Notes under the pieces: model-generated
Told to the model about the DNA's origin: nothing
What the model saw: the letters and a program-made list of their open reading frames with translations, nothing else
The model's database searches: none
Shown: positions 39,654 to 48,052 of the stretch, piece by piece
Numbering within the stretch: the stretch's first letter is position 1
Layout of the letters: every line of letters begins with the position of its first letter
Position numbers and translations under genes: made by a program
Virus record (IMG/VR): IMGVR_UViG_2706795742_000001
Coordinates: 11,168 to 75,167 of that record
Source of the DNA: a virus
Lineage: Duplodnaviria > Caudoviricetes
Length of the DNA: 64,000 bases
Strand: one strand, 5' to 3'

Positions 39654-39977
39654 TTATACGGAAGTCTTCGAGATTACATCGTTTTTAATTAACCTGACGA
39701 CCACCTCCCTGATTTGCAACAGAATACGCAGTTGTGAGTTAAGTGAGCGCATTGACTCGAAATATCCAGTCTCTAGACTGTTGAGTCTTTCCAGATCAGA
39801 AACTGTTTCATATTTCTTGTCCATGTTTTCTCTTGCGTAATTCATGGTATTTACCACCGCAGCAATTTCGGTGTCAAGCACGTCAAGAAGAATGTACAAT
39901 CTCCGAGTCTCACGCCAGCTTGCAATCTTTTTGAGGAATTTCACTCTAGACTCCGCCACTGGGTTTAAGTGCAACAA
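39654..39977 (-). CDS. coiled-coil hypothetical protein
   Basis: 107 aa ORF. Confidence 0.6.
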   Translation of the reverse strand: MLHLNPVAESRVKFLKKIASWRETRRLYILLDVLDTEIAAVVNTMNYARENMDKKYETVSDLERLNSLETGYFESMRSLNSQLRILLQIREVVVRLIKNDVISKTSV

Positions 39978-40812
39978 ATCCGGAAGACTTGCTGCCTGAC
40001 ATATTTGGAATGTTCTTCTCGTCCTTGAACTCGCTAGAAATTTTACGGGACCAATAGGTCATGTAAATCTTTCGACGGTCAAGATCGCCGTTGAATTTCG
40101 CATTCCTAGAGGAAGAAAACTCTGGCCTGGAAAATCTGGTATCGTTTTTCTGAACCATTCCCAACTTAATAGCCATAGGCCGGTAAAACAGCACTCGCTG
40201 CTTGGCATTATGTGAAAAGAACTTCTTGAACGAGGTAATGCCACTTTGGGTTAAATCCAAAATAGCTGGCACTTCATCCATGTTGTAGTCTTTTTCAACA
40301 TAGTCAAGCGGAATGATAGGAATATACCAGTGAGGCTGACACAAAGGTCCGTGCTTTCCGTCCTGAGACCACTTAGTAAATGGACAGGTTTCGCACAGTG
40401 CTTTACTTTTGTCGTTCTCTAGGTATTTTCCAAGACCAACGTCAAACTGGGTATGAGGAAAGTCATTCAGAGGATGACCAATGTCACCGTCCAAAGAAAT
40501 GCACTGCTTGCCTTTCATGGCAATTTTACCGCAGTCGGCAGCAAACGCAGAGTCGTTAAACTTGGGCCACATTTGTCGAGTCCGAATTACCGTGAGTCCA
40601 TAGACGTGAAGCTCTCGCATGGCAGTTTTTCCGGCGACTTTCAGGAATTGCGATTCCGGTCCCGACGACGAAACAAAACGACCGTGCTTATGGTCAATGT
40701 AAATCCGTTCGTACCCATAGAGGGACCGGCCATAATTTCCGCTAGTCTTCGGCTTGAATGCTGCGTTGAATTGGGGGAAAGTTTGGCTCGACAATTGGGA
40801 TGTATTCACCAT
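39946..40812 (-). CDS. Cys-containing replication/recombination-module protein (CxSxDG...CxxCP...W...G..C)
   Basis: CISLDG, CETCPFTKW...GPLC; GGAGG RBS before ATG 40812. Confidence 0.5.
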   Translation of the reverse strand: MVNTSQLSSQTFPQFNAAFKPKTSGNYGRSLYGYERIYIDHKHGRFVSSSGPESQFLKVAGKTAMRELHVYGLTVIRTRQMWPKFNDSAFAADCGKIAMKGKQCISLDGDIGHPLNDFPHTQFDVGLGKYLENDKSKALCETCPFTKWSQDGKHGPLCQPHWYIPIIPLDYVEKDYNMDEVPAILDLTQSGITSFKKFFSHNAKQRVLFYRPMAIKLGMVQKNDTRFSRPEFSSSRNAKFNGDLDRRKIYMTYWSRKISSEFKDEKNIPNMSGSKSSGFVALKPSGGV

Positions 40813-41254
40813 CAGTTCCTCCAAATCTTCCGAACTTCTTTTCATTGACTCTTTTCCTCTTCTCTCGCCTGTAAAGCTCTGGCAATCCCATAGAGAATGC
40901 TCCCGGCAAAAAGTGAGAGAATCGCTTTGGCTTTATCTCACTCTTGGCAAATCCAATTCGCTCCCATCTATCTAAAATTCCCCATACCGCACCAGAACTA
41001 CACGACTTACTATCAATTCTAGTTACTTGCTTGGCAATATTCTCCGCCGTAGGAGTCCAGTCCTTCATATGGTTTACAAACCAGTCCTTAACCACATGCT
41101 CGACAATAAGTTCGAGTTCACCGCGAGCGCGCCTATCAGAACCAGTATCTTGCAATTCTGGAATCTCTGGAACAAACAAACCATTCCAAGGCTCAGCAAG
41201 CGTCGGCATGTTGTTCTTATCGTACTTGTATTGTGGATCGGGCTTTCTAGCCAT
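40742..41254 (-). CDS. probable winged-HTH DNA-binding protein
   Basis: TAENIAKQV...SSGAVWGILDRWERIGF helix pattern. Confidence 0.45.
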   Translation of the reverse strand: MARKPDPQYKYDKNNMPTLAEPWNGLFVPEIPELQDTGSDRRARGELELIVEHVVKDWFVNHMKDWTPTAENIAKQVTRIDSKSCSSGAVWGILDRWERIGFAKSEIKPKRFSHFLPGAFSMGLPELYRREKRKRVNEKKFGRFGGTDGEYIPIVEPNFPPIQRSIQAED

Positions 41255-41573
41255 TTTTCTCACCATTCCAAAATACTAGACGACGGATATAGTTCATGGT
41301 TTCTGGATCGTTCTTGCTTTCGAGTGCTTCAAGAACTGAGTTCACATGCATATCGCATAAACCCATATACAGTGGCGCGCTAAATGCCCTGTTCTGATTC
41401 AGGTAAACGAACTTCTTCGGATTCTTGCAGTACAGCCCCTTTATTGTCTTATGGTCGCATTTTCCGTGAACAATAATCGACTTGTTCACAGCCATAATCT
41501 GAGGATGACTAGCAATCACTTGGCTATGATTTCTAAACTTTAGACCTTTGATAGCCCTAGCAAATACTCTCAC
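41247..41573 (-). CDS. hypothetical protein (C...C...CxxH)
   Basis: 108 aa ORF. Confidence 0.6.
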   Translation of the reverse strand: MRVFARAIKGLKFRNHSQVIASHPQIMAVNKSIIVHGKCDHKTIKGLYCKNPKKFVYLNQNRAFSAPLYMGLCDMHVNSVLEALESKNDPETMNYIRRLVFWNGEKNG

Positions 41574-41854
41574 TTTAGCTCCTTGCCGAATAGTTGATAA
41601 CTGAAATCTGGACCGAATTCAACTCGTCCGAGATAAATTTCTGCAATGTAAATCCTGTCACCGGGGTTCAGCTTAAGCCTCTTGTGCTTAACTTCCTCTA
41701 GCTGATTCTGAAATGCCTGTTCACAGAATTCTTCGTCTCCGAACGCAAGAATCTTTGATTCGCCAGTGATTACATTCTCTGCAATTACTCGGTGAGTATT
41801 CCGTCCGATTCTGTTTATTCCCTGTTCTGCAAGTTTTGGTGCAACCTTCGGCAT
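41570..41854 (-). CDS. hypothetical protein
   Basis: 94 aa ORF. Confidence 0.65.
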   Translation of the reverse strand: MPKVAPKLAEQGINRIGRNTHRVIAENVITGESKILAFGDEEFCEQAFQNQLEEVKHKRLKLNPGDRIYIAEIYLGRVEFGPDFSYQLFGKELK

Positions 41855-42151
41855 TTAATTCACCACCGGAATTACCTGAGTGACTGTATTGGTTATCTCG
41901 TCCGGCTGTCGCGGGCATGGCGGCATACCGAATGTGTAATACGGTTTACCGGCCAGCTTTGCGGTGAACTTCATAAGTTCCTCCATGCGCTCCTGGAACT
42001 TGGACTTGATATTCTTCGCCAGTCCACAGCGAACGCAAGCAAGAATTCCGTGGTCAGTGTCGAGCAGAATTGCTGTAGTGAAATCACAGCAATTACGGCA
42101 GTAGCTGTGGCCCACTTTTGCCGAATGAATTTCGTTCCAGTGCTTAGCCAT
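41855..42151 (-). CDS. zinc-ribbon-like hypothetical protein
   Basis: CRNC...CVRC; start reassigned to ATG 42151 overlapping upstream stop. Confidence 0.6.
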   Translation of the reverse strand: MAKHWNEIHSAKVGHSYCRNCCDFTTAILLDTDHGILACVRCGLAKNIKSKFQERMEELMKFTAKLAGKPYYTFGMPPCPRQPDEITNTVTQVIPVVN

Positions 42152-42485
42152 TAATTTCCTGCTCTTCCTGAATGATGTTCTCTGGATTGTCTTCGAGTCT
42201 GCCCGACCACAAGTGATGATCCATATTCTTCTTTGCCCTACTGAGAACTCGGTCATTAAGGTCTAGCTCTCGCTCTAGGTGTCGTGAGCACCAATAGAAT
42301 TGCTTGCCGCTTTCAGTGACATACCGAAATGCTGATCGGTTTCCACACTGGTCAATTCCACCGGCATTTGTCCTGTACTCGCATTGCGGAAGTCTCGGAC
42401 CCCTAACCTTGCTTACCCACGGATGGGAGCTTAGGTATTCGTCCCTTGACGAGATATTCAGGCTCTTGTTGAATTTGTCAGCCAT
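42144..42485 (-). CDS. hypothetical protein (C...C...CxxH)
   Basis: 113 aa directly after recombinase stop. Confidence 0.65.
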   Translation of the reverse strand: MADKFNKSLNISSRDEYLSSHPWVSKVRGPRLPQCEYRTNAGGIDQCGNRSAFRYVTESGKQFYWCSRHLERELDLNDRVLSRAKKNMDHHLWSGRLEDNPENIIQEEQEING

Positions 42486-43283
42486 TTAGAAATTCACCGC
42501 CTCGTGCGCCGCAGCGGTATTAACGCCAATGTATTCCTGAGTCTGACTCGGAGAAGCATGGCCGAGGGTTCGCTGAACCAAGATAATATCCTTGGTCTTT
42601 TCGTAAAGCTCGGTGGCGAATGTTGCGCGCAGATCGTGCGAGGCAATGTTTTTGCCGTCGGGATGGTACACGTTGCAAAGATTGAATTGTCCGGTAATCA
42701 GATTCCGGGCCTGACGATCGGAAATATGAACGAACTTGGCTCGATCATTCGTCGGCATGTTTTCGATAAGCACGGCGGCAAGCTCTGCACTCACCGGGAT
42801 ATTGCGCGTCTTTCCGCCCTTGCCGGTGATAACAAGCTCATTTGTGCGCCGGTCCCAATCGCACGGCGCGACGCTCAGGGACTCGCTCACCCGCGTACCG
42901 GCCAGCGCGCCGAGCGCGATCAGTACCCGCGTGCGCGGGTCCGCAGTGCCCGCCAGAACGCCGCGTACCGTGCGAATTCCTCCCGGTACGGGGTGAGGTC
43001 GGGGAGCGCCGACGCGCGGCAGACGGTAGCCGTCCAGCGCCGTCGCGGCGTCGTGGTCGGCGCGGTAGCCGGACCAGCTTTTGAGAGCGGCGGCACGGGA
43101 TTTCATTACCGACGGGCTTGCGCCAGACTTCTTGGAATCCATGATGTATTCCAGCGGGTCGGTGAAATTGGAATTCAGGAACGCGCGAATATTCCGCGAG
43201 TAAACCTTAATCGTATTCGTGCTCTTTCCCTGCCGTGCAAGATGATTCTCGAACTGATCCAGAATGGCTACCGTGTTCTGCAT
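42486..43283 (-). CDS. XerC/D-like tyrosine recombinase
   Basis: GTRVSE (R), GKGGKTR (K), HDLRATFAT (HxxR), LGH, Y; SAM-like N-terminal domain, no arm-binding domain. Confidence 0.92.
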   Translation of the reverse strand: MQNTVAILDQFENHLARQGKSTNTIKVYSRNIRAFLNSNFTDPLEYIMDSKKSGASPSVMKSRAAALKSWSGYRADHDAATALDGYRLPRVGAPRPHPVPGGIRTVRGVLAGTADPRTRVLIALGALAGTRVSESLSVAPCDWDRRTNELVITGKGGKTRNIPVSAELAAVLIENMPTNDRAKFVHISDRQARNLITGQFNLCNVYHPDGKNIASHDLRATFATELYEKTKDIILVQRTLGHASPSQTQEYIGVNTAAAHEAVNF

Positions 43284-43313
43284 TTCTTTTCCTGTCTGTG
43301 AGTTAGTGCTGTA

Positions 43314-43411
43314 CTTAAGGTGGGTTGGGATTATGCTCTAGCCATTCCTGACTAGCGTTCACTCTGCCTTTACGCTCATCCCCATTACCGGCAGGACGAC
43401 CCATTCTTAAG
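43314..43411 (-). ncRNA. candidate structured RNA element, copy B
   Basis: Shares ordered blocks and stem positions with 38687-38834; GGAA tetraloop hairpin on - strand. Confidence 0.5.
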
Positions 43412-43419
43412 ATTTTGTT

Positions 43420-43800
43420 TTACTTCTCGAACTCCACCCGAACGGGTGTATGGTCATCGGGAATATCGTCCGGGTTTTCGTCCCCCATGACCAGGATTAC
43501 CGGCTTATCCTCCGGTAGCGCGTCCATCATCGAACGGATACCTTCTGCCTTTTTCTCGTCCGTGAAGTTCTGTGGACCGATTTCCCAGTCTTCCTTTTCT
43601 CGGTCCATCATTTCGCTCATGATTTCCATGAACTCCGGTGTGCTCTTTTCCTTGAGAGCATTTGCCATGCTCTCTTGGCCGAATTCGTGAGTCCAGATTG
43701 GACGCTCCATGATTTCCTCCGCGTACCTGTGGAATACGTCGAAGTCACAGAGCATGTATCCGGTAAACGCGGAAAGTACCGCGCCTTCGCGTCGTTTCAC
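43420..43800 (-). CDS. acidic hypothetical protein
   Basis: 126 aa, GTG start with GACAGGAG upstream. Confidence 0.65.
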   Translation of the reverse strand: MKRREGAVLSAFTGYMLCDFDVFHRYAEEIMERPIWTHEFGQESMANALKEKSTPEFMEIMSEMMDREKEDWEIGPQNFTDEKKAEGIRSMMDALPEDKPVILVMGDENPDDIPDDHTPVRVEFEK

Positions 43801-44126
43801 TTTTCGTTCTCCTGTCGGTATTTTGCGAGTTCCCGGCGATCCTTTTCCATTCGCCTGGAAATGTCCCGCATGTGAGTAAGCCGTTCGTTTTCTCGGGGCG
43901 TGAGTTCTCCCAGCTCGTTGTACTGAACCAAATCCTTGTCGCCGATGTAGAACATGCCGGGATTTTCGGCGTCATCCAAGTGATCGAGGTAATCGTTCAA
44001 TGCGGCGTGCAGGAACTTTCGATCTTCACGGGAAACCTTGTGATTCTTGAGGTTCACGCAAATGTCGCTGTGAGCCTGCTCGTACTGGATTTCCGCGCAA
44101 ACGTGAGTGTTCTTGTCGTCGCTCAT
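43797..44126 (-). CDS. hypothetical protein
   Basis: 109 aa, GACAGG upstream. Confidence 0.7.
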   Translation of the reverse strand: MSDDKNTHVCAEIQYEQAHSDICVNLKNHKVSREDRKFLHAALNDYLDHLDDAENPGMFYIGDKDLVQYNELGELTPRENERLTHMRDISRRMEKDRRELAKYRQENEK

Positions 44127-44255
44127 TGATAAATCCCTGTCTCTTGATTTTGCTCAGTCTTGCCTGTCTGGCCGTCCTCCATGCCAGTCCCTAAAGGCTA
44201 GCATGATTCCCCTTTAACTCGCAACAGTCCCCGCGAACTCGCGCGTTCGTGCAGG

Positions 44256-45122
44256 TCAGCGCCCGTTCCAGCCAAGCTCCACGGCGTCGGCGGGGCCGAG
44301 CGCCGCGTGAGCGAGCACGTCCGGCGTCAGGCCGTGGGAGAGGTAGGCAGAGGCTAGGCGACGTAAAAGGGAATTCTCGTCAGTGTTATTTGCACCGGGA
44401 TTAAACGTGTCTTCCATATCCAGAGTAGAATCAGTGATGGTCTTTTTAATTTCACCAAAATCAATCTTCTCTGACTTGAACCAGTTAATCCAGCACAACC
44501 TAATCTGATTAAGGGTCATGGGATATTGCACGGTACTTGCTGCAATTTCATGGACTGCATTCAGATTGTCTGTGTACGAATACTGAACAGTGTCAAAACT
44601 GCCGTGCTCAGTGACATTAATGTTAATTGGCACAAAGATTCCAATGGTAGGAAATACGGGCAACATGAAATGGCCTTCTATTGTCATTTTTGCAAACTCC
44701 CGAGAGTTCATAAGCACGGGCCAGATTTTATTGTCCCATACCACATTTTCGTTGGGGCTACAAGGAAGTAAGTCCGGCCTATTCCTGATCCAATCGGAAA
44801 ATTGGAACATTCCAAAGTCTCCGGTAACGGGACACAACTTATCGGTGTCACTTACGTCATCGTGATCTGTTGAAAGAATTACATTGCACAAGCCAACCGG
44901 GCCGTAGCGTACATGAATATAGAAGTCCTCCTTGATTATTCTCATGTTTGATTCTTCTAGCTCAGACTCGAAATTGCATGAGAAAAAACTACCGGGCATA
45001 AAAGTCGGCGAAGCACCAGGATAAACATGGTCCACGATCACGTCCGGAAAAACCGGAGACAGGTCACCCTGCTCCACTCCTGAAAATAGAACCTCTTCCA
45101 CTTCGTTGATTATATCGTCCAT
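44256..45122 (-). CDS. hypothetical protein
   Basis: 288 aa, GGAG RBS. Confidence 0.75.
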   Translation of the reverse strand: MDDIINEVEEVLFSGVEQGDLSPVFPDVIVDHVYPGASPTFMPGSFFSCNFESELEESNMRIIKEDFYIHVRYGPVGLCNVILSTDHDDVSDTDKLCPVTGDFGMFQFSDWIRNRPDLLPCSPNENVVWDNKIWPVLMNSREFAKMTIEGHFMLPVFPTIGIFVPININVTEHGSFDTVQYSYTDNLNAVHEIAASTVQYPMTLNQIRLCWINWFKSEKIDFGEIKKTITDSTLDMEDTFNPGANNTDENSLLRRLASAYLSHGLTPDVLAHAALGPADAVELGWNGR

Positions 45123-45124
45123 TT

Positions 45125-45508
45125 TTACTCCGTTTCTATCATATCTAGCAACTTGAACATATCAATGACGCGAGCCAGTCTTCCCGCGTCATTATCTAAT
45201 GGCGGCTCCTTTGGAATACCCACCAAAAAATGGGCTGGTTTTACTTGAACAGGCTTGTCATTATTGTCTTCCTGCTCAGAACCCCCAAATTCCGCACTAT
45301 TTACTTGAACAGGCTCAGACTTACTGGTCTCAGTGACAAAAGACCTGTCACCGAAACGGGACTGGCCTTTCGCCGGCGCGGGAGCGTCTGTTTTCTTTTT
45401 GCGTGAAGACTTCGGCGTGCCTGGTTTCCTTTTCTCTGATACAGACTCTTCCAGTGCTCCGCCGAAAAGATCACTCACAGTACGCTCCGTGACATGAATT
45501 GCACTCAT
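45125..45508 (-). CDS. low-complexity hypothetical protein
   Basis: 127 aa with duplicated PVQV. Confidence 0.65.
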   Translation of the reverse strand: MSAIHVTERTVSDLFGGALEESVSEKRKPGTPKSSRKKKTDAPAPAKGQSRFGDRSFVTETSKSEPVQVNSAEFGGSEQEDNNDKPVQVKPAHFLVGIPKEPPLDNDAGRLARVIDMFKLLDMIETE

Positions 45509-45641
45509 ATCCCGACCACTTAATCATAATAAACTCATGCGCACAATCGGGATCACCGCCCCAAATTGGAGTAGTTCGAGGATTCTTGCGACGCTCTACT
45601 ATATATCCCGGAATCTTTGGTTCTGGGATAGAACTAGCCAT
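45471..45641 (-). CDS. small Cys-rich protein (56 aa)
   Basis: MASSIPEP...CAH...CNSCH..C; start overlaps upstream gene end. Confidence 0.5.
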   Translation of the reverse strand: MASSIPEPKIPGYIVERRKNPRTTPIWGGDPDCAHEFIMIKWSGYECNSCHGAYCE

Positions 45642-46344
45642 TTGCAAGAACCTCCCGAGCCTCCTCCTCGGTCACGCCGAAAGTGCTAACGATCTGCTTA
45701 ATGTCGAATCCACCGGAATGCGCAGCACGAATAGCGATTGCCGTTCCCTCGTTAACACCAGATGAGACAGGAGCGCTCTTTTTCGAGGGCGCGAGGGTCG
45801 AAGTTTTCGGTGCCACAGGGTTTTTCGGCTGGGCAGTATTCTTCTGGGTTACTGGTCGGCCAGGGACAGTTCCTGTGGCGGCAATATGCAATGCCTCCCC
45901 GCTGACCTGCCCCATAAAACCCGGCGTGTCCGGTGCCGCCTCTCCGAGCTTTTTTGCCTGGTATCGCTTGACGCCGAGCGCGACAACCTGATCCGAATTC
46001 TCGAAAAATGGTGCGCAAGCAATCTTAATTGCCTCTGCCAGCCCACGACCAATTGCGGTCTTTTCGGTTCGCTGCAACTTGTCGTCAAGCCATTCAATTC
46101 GAGTCTGGTCAACCAGGTCGCCCTCTTCGTTATTGCTTGCACCCTGCCAGGTCATGGCCAGCTCGATATACTTATCGAGTTCAAGCCACATCTGCTGAAT
46201 AATGGTCGGCGCGCTCATATTTCGTCTCCTGTCGTGGAAAAAGTCTATGTGATCTTTGAACATACTGCATTGATAACTGGGACTGGTGTCCCAGTCTGCA
46301 CGCCATTTGCAGACTGGGCACTCAATCTGAACCGGAACGGCCAT
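45634..46344 (-). CDS. hypothetical protein with N-terminal CxxC and C-terminal HTH-like end; second in-frame start at 46218
   Basis: TAATG coupling at 46344; GACAGGAG before ATG 46218. Confidence 0.65.
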   Translation of the reverse strand: MAVPVQIECPVCKWRADWDTSPSYQCSMFKDHIDFFHDRRRNMSAPTIIQQMWLELDKYIELAMTWQGASNNEEGDLVDQTRIEWLDDKLQRTEKTAIGRGLAEAIKIACAPFFENSDQVVALGVKRYQAKKLGEAAPDTPGFMGQVSGEALHIAATGTVPGRPVTQKNTAQPKNPVAPKTSTLAPSKKSAPVSSGVNEGTAIAIRAAHSGGFDIKQIVSTFGVTEEEAREVLANG

Positions 46345-46586
46345 TATCGTTCCAGAACATTTCTCTGATCCAACACCGCCAGGCATTCGTCATCTACATG
46401 AATGCCGTACTCGATAATTGGATCATTGTCGAGAATGTACCGTCTCGCCGAGAGAATATCGTCAAACTCCGGCGACTTTGAATTGGGTTCAACCAATTCC
46501 TCGTTGCTTGCGAATCCCTGAGAAATGGCGAATTTCTCAGGATTGTTCGGGTGCTTACTGATCCTGTAGTAATTGTCAGCACTCAC
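46344..46586 (-). CDS. hypothetical protein
   Basis: 80 aa ORF. Confidence 0.65.
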   Translation of the reverse strand: MSADNYYRISKHPNNPEKFAISQGFASNEELVEPNSKSPEFDDILSARRYILDNDPIIEYGIHVDDECLAVLDQRNVLER

Positions 46587-46750
46587 TGCTTTCTCCCTAC
46601 TTTCCTCGGTCCGACTACGGCGTTCGCTAGCCGGACTGCTCTCATTTTCTCCGGTCCAATTCCCATTGGATCATACGAAAAACAACCAGGCTCCCCACAC
46701 ACGCATGACTCGAAATTACGGTGATCGTGCTCGGTTCGCTTTTTTCTCAT
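46583..46750 (-). CDS. small hypothetical protein (55 aa)
   Basis: MRKKRTEHDH...CVCGEPGC; ATGA/GTGA overlaps at both ends. Confidence 0.5.
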   Translation of the reverse strand: MRKKRTEHDHRNFESCVCGEPGCFSYDPMGIGPEKMRAVRLANAVVGPRKVGRKQ

Positions 46751-46965
46751 AGGGTGTACCTGTTCCTGTGCTTTTCAATGACGCGGTGCGCCAAACACTG
46801 ACCGATGTATTGGAGCGTGTAATTCGGATATGCGTCCGGGTCATTTACTTTTTCCTGAAACATGGTAGCCAATTGGTGCGGCTCAAGAAGTCCGTACTTT
46901 CCCCAGATTTCAAATCTCTGGACTGTTTTTACTGACTCTTCTGGCTTGTTTTCTTGCTCAGGCAT
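46747..46965 (-). CDS. hypothetical protein
   Basis: Start at MPEQ with GGAG RBS. Confidence 0.6.
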   Translation of the reverse strand: MPEQENKPEESVKTVQRFEIWGKYGLLEPHQLATMFQEKVNDPDAYPNYTLQYIGQCLAHRVIEKHRNRYTL

Positions 46966-47375
46966 TTGCAATCTCCAATTCCGCATGGTCCGTCATGATT
47001 TTTTCCAACTGCTATTACTTGAATCCCTGCCACGGCTGCTCGCTTAAGGCAATCCATAGTGCCCTTACTATTTGGCATAATGAAAGCCAGGCAAATATCG
47101 GCACCATAATCAACCATTTGCTGATTACGTTTCGGGCCAGCGGACTTTCCGTGCTTGCCCCAGTCTGCCGGGAATTCGGTTACCGTCATATCGAAGTAAC
47201 CAGAACAGAATCGCGCGGCCATTTCATCGGCACCGGGAGCGCCGCCATGAATAAGTTCGCATTCTTTGCTGTACCACTCGAAATCACTCAGAACGTCACA
47301 AATCAAGTCCTGAACCATTTGATAGTCATCCCAATAACGCGATCCGGTTACTAGAATCTTGTGCTTTAGTGCCAT
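46929..47375 (-). CDS. SLOG-superfamily (DUF2493/YspA-like) nucleotide-binding protein
   Basis: ILVTGSR...LIHGGAPGAD...ADW..HGKSAGPKRNQQM...SKGT. Confidence 0.85.
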   Translation of the reverse strand: MALKHKILVTGSRYWDDYQMVQDLICDVLSDFEWYSKECELIHGGAPGADEMAARFCSGYFDMTVTEFPADWGKHGKSAGPKRNQQMVDYGADICLAFIMPNSKGTMDCLKRAAVAGIQVIAVGKNHDGPCGIGDCKCLSKKTSQKSQ

Positions 47376-47377
47376 GA

Positions 47378-47593
47378 TTATTTCTTTCTTTTGTCAACCA
47401 CTAGGCTTGGAATTCCCAGCGCCGCCAATCCGTCTCGTGTTGCTTTTCTTGTTGCTCGCTCTAGTGCAACTTCGGGAACCAAATGATTTGCGCGGATAGC
47501 CTCTCCGTACTTATCCATCCATTCCTTCTCCGAAACTTCGACCTCCATGCACACCGTTACGCGCATGGTGCCCTTTTTCTTGTCGTAAGTCAT
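47378..47593 (-). CDS. hypothetical protein
   Basis: 71 aa ORF. Confidence 0.65.
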   Translation of the reverse strand: MTYDKKKGTMRVTVCMEVEVSEKEWMDKYGEAIRANHLVPEVALERATRKATRDGLAALGIPSLVVDKRKK

Positions 47594-47598
47594 TTTCC

Positions 47599-48051
47599 CT
47601 ACTTGACGTATCGCTCGAAGATTTCTTCCACGTTAGGATTGTCAGAAACAAGCTCCTTGCAGAAATTGACAAGGTTTTCGACACCCATGTTCTCATGGAA
47701 TAGGGTGCCGCTAATGATTTCCTTCGCCCATTCCTCGTCAGTGAACGTCTTGGTGACCACACTCATCATTTTAGAGCGCGTGGTGAGGTATTCTCGCGCA
47801 GAGATAACATTGATCGCACCTTCCAGCACATCCATGAGAATCATATCTGCGACAGCCGCAAACGAGAACAGGATTACCTGAGCGCCGTTCTCGTAGAACG
47901 GTCGGCAGGACATATCCAGCATTTCTTCTACGGTGACCATATGCTCTTCGCCATTCGGCAAAATGATCTGAATAATCGGCTTCTCAGTGTCGCTAGGAAG
48001 AATGCGCAAGTCGTCGGTGCTTTCGGTATTTTCAGTGCTGTTATCGGTCAT
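47599..48051 (-). CDS. hypothetical protein
   Basis: Start reassigned to ATG 48051. Confidence 0.65.
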   Translation of the reverse strand: MTDNSTENTESTDDLRILPSDTEKPIIQIILPNGEEHMVTVEEMLDMSCRPFYENGAQVILFSFAAVADMILMDVLEGAINVISAREYLTTRSKMMSVVTKTFTDEEWAKEIISGTLFHENMGVENLVNFCKELVSDNPNVEEIFERYVK

Positions 48052-48052
48052 T

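Noticed and set aside
42486-43283. Evidence of a temperate lifestyle
   Set aside because: No arm-binding domain, attP or divergent repressor visible; cannot be concluded from this window
45241-45315. ttacttgaacaggct duplication matching the TACTTGA motif
   Set aside because: Explained by a PVQV peptide repeat in the CDS
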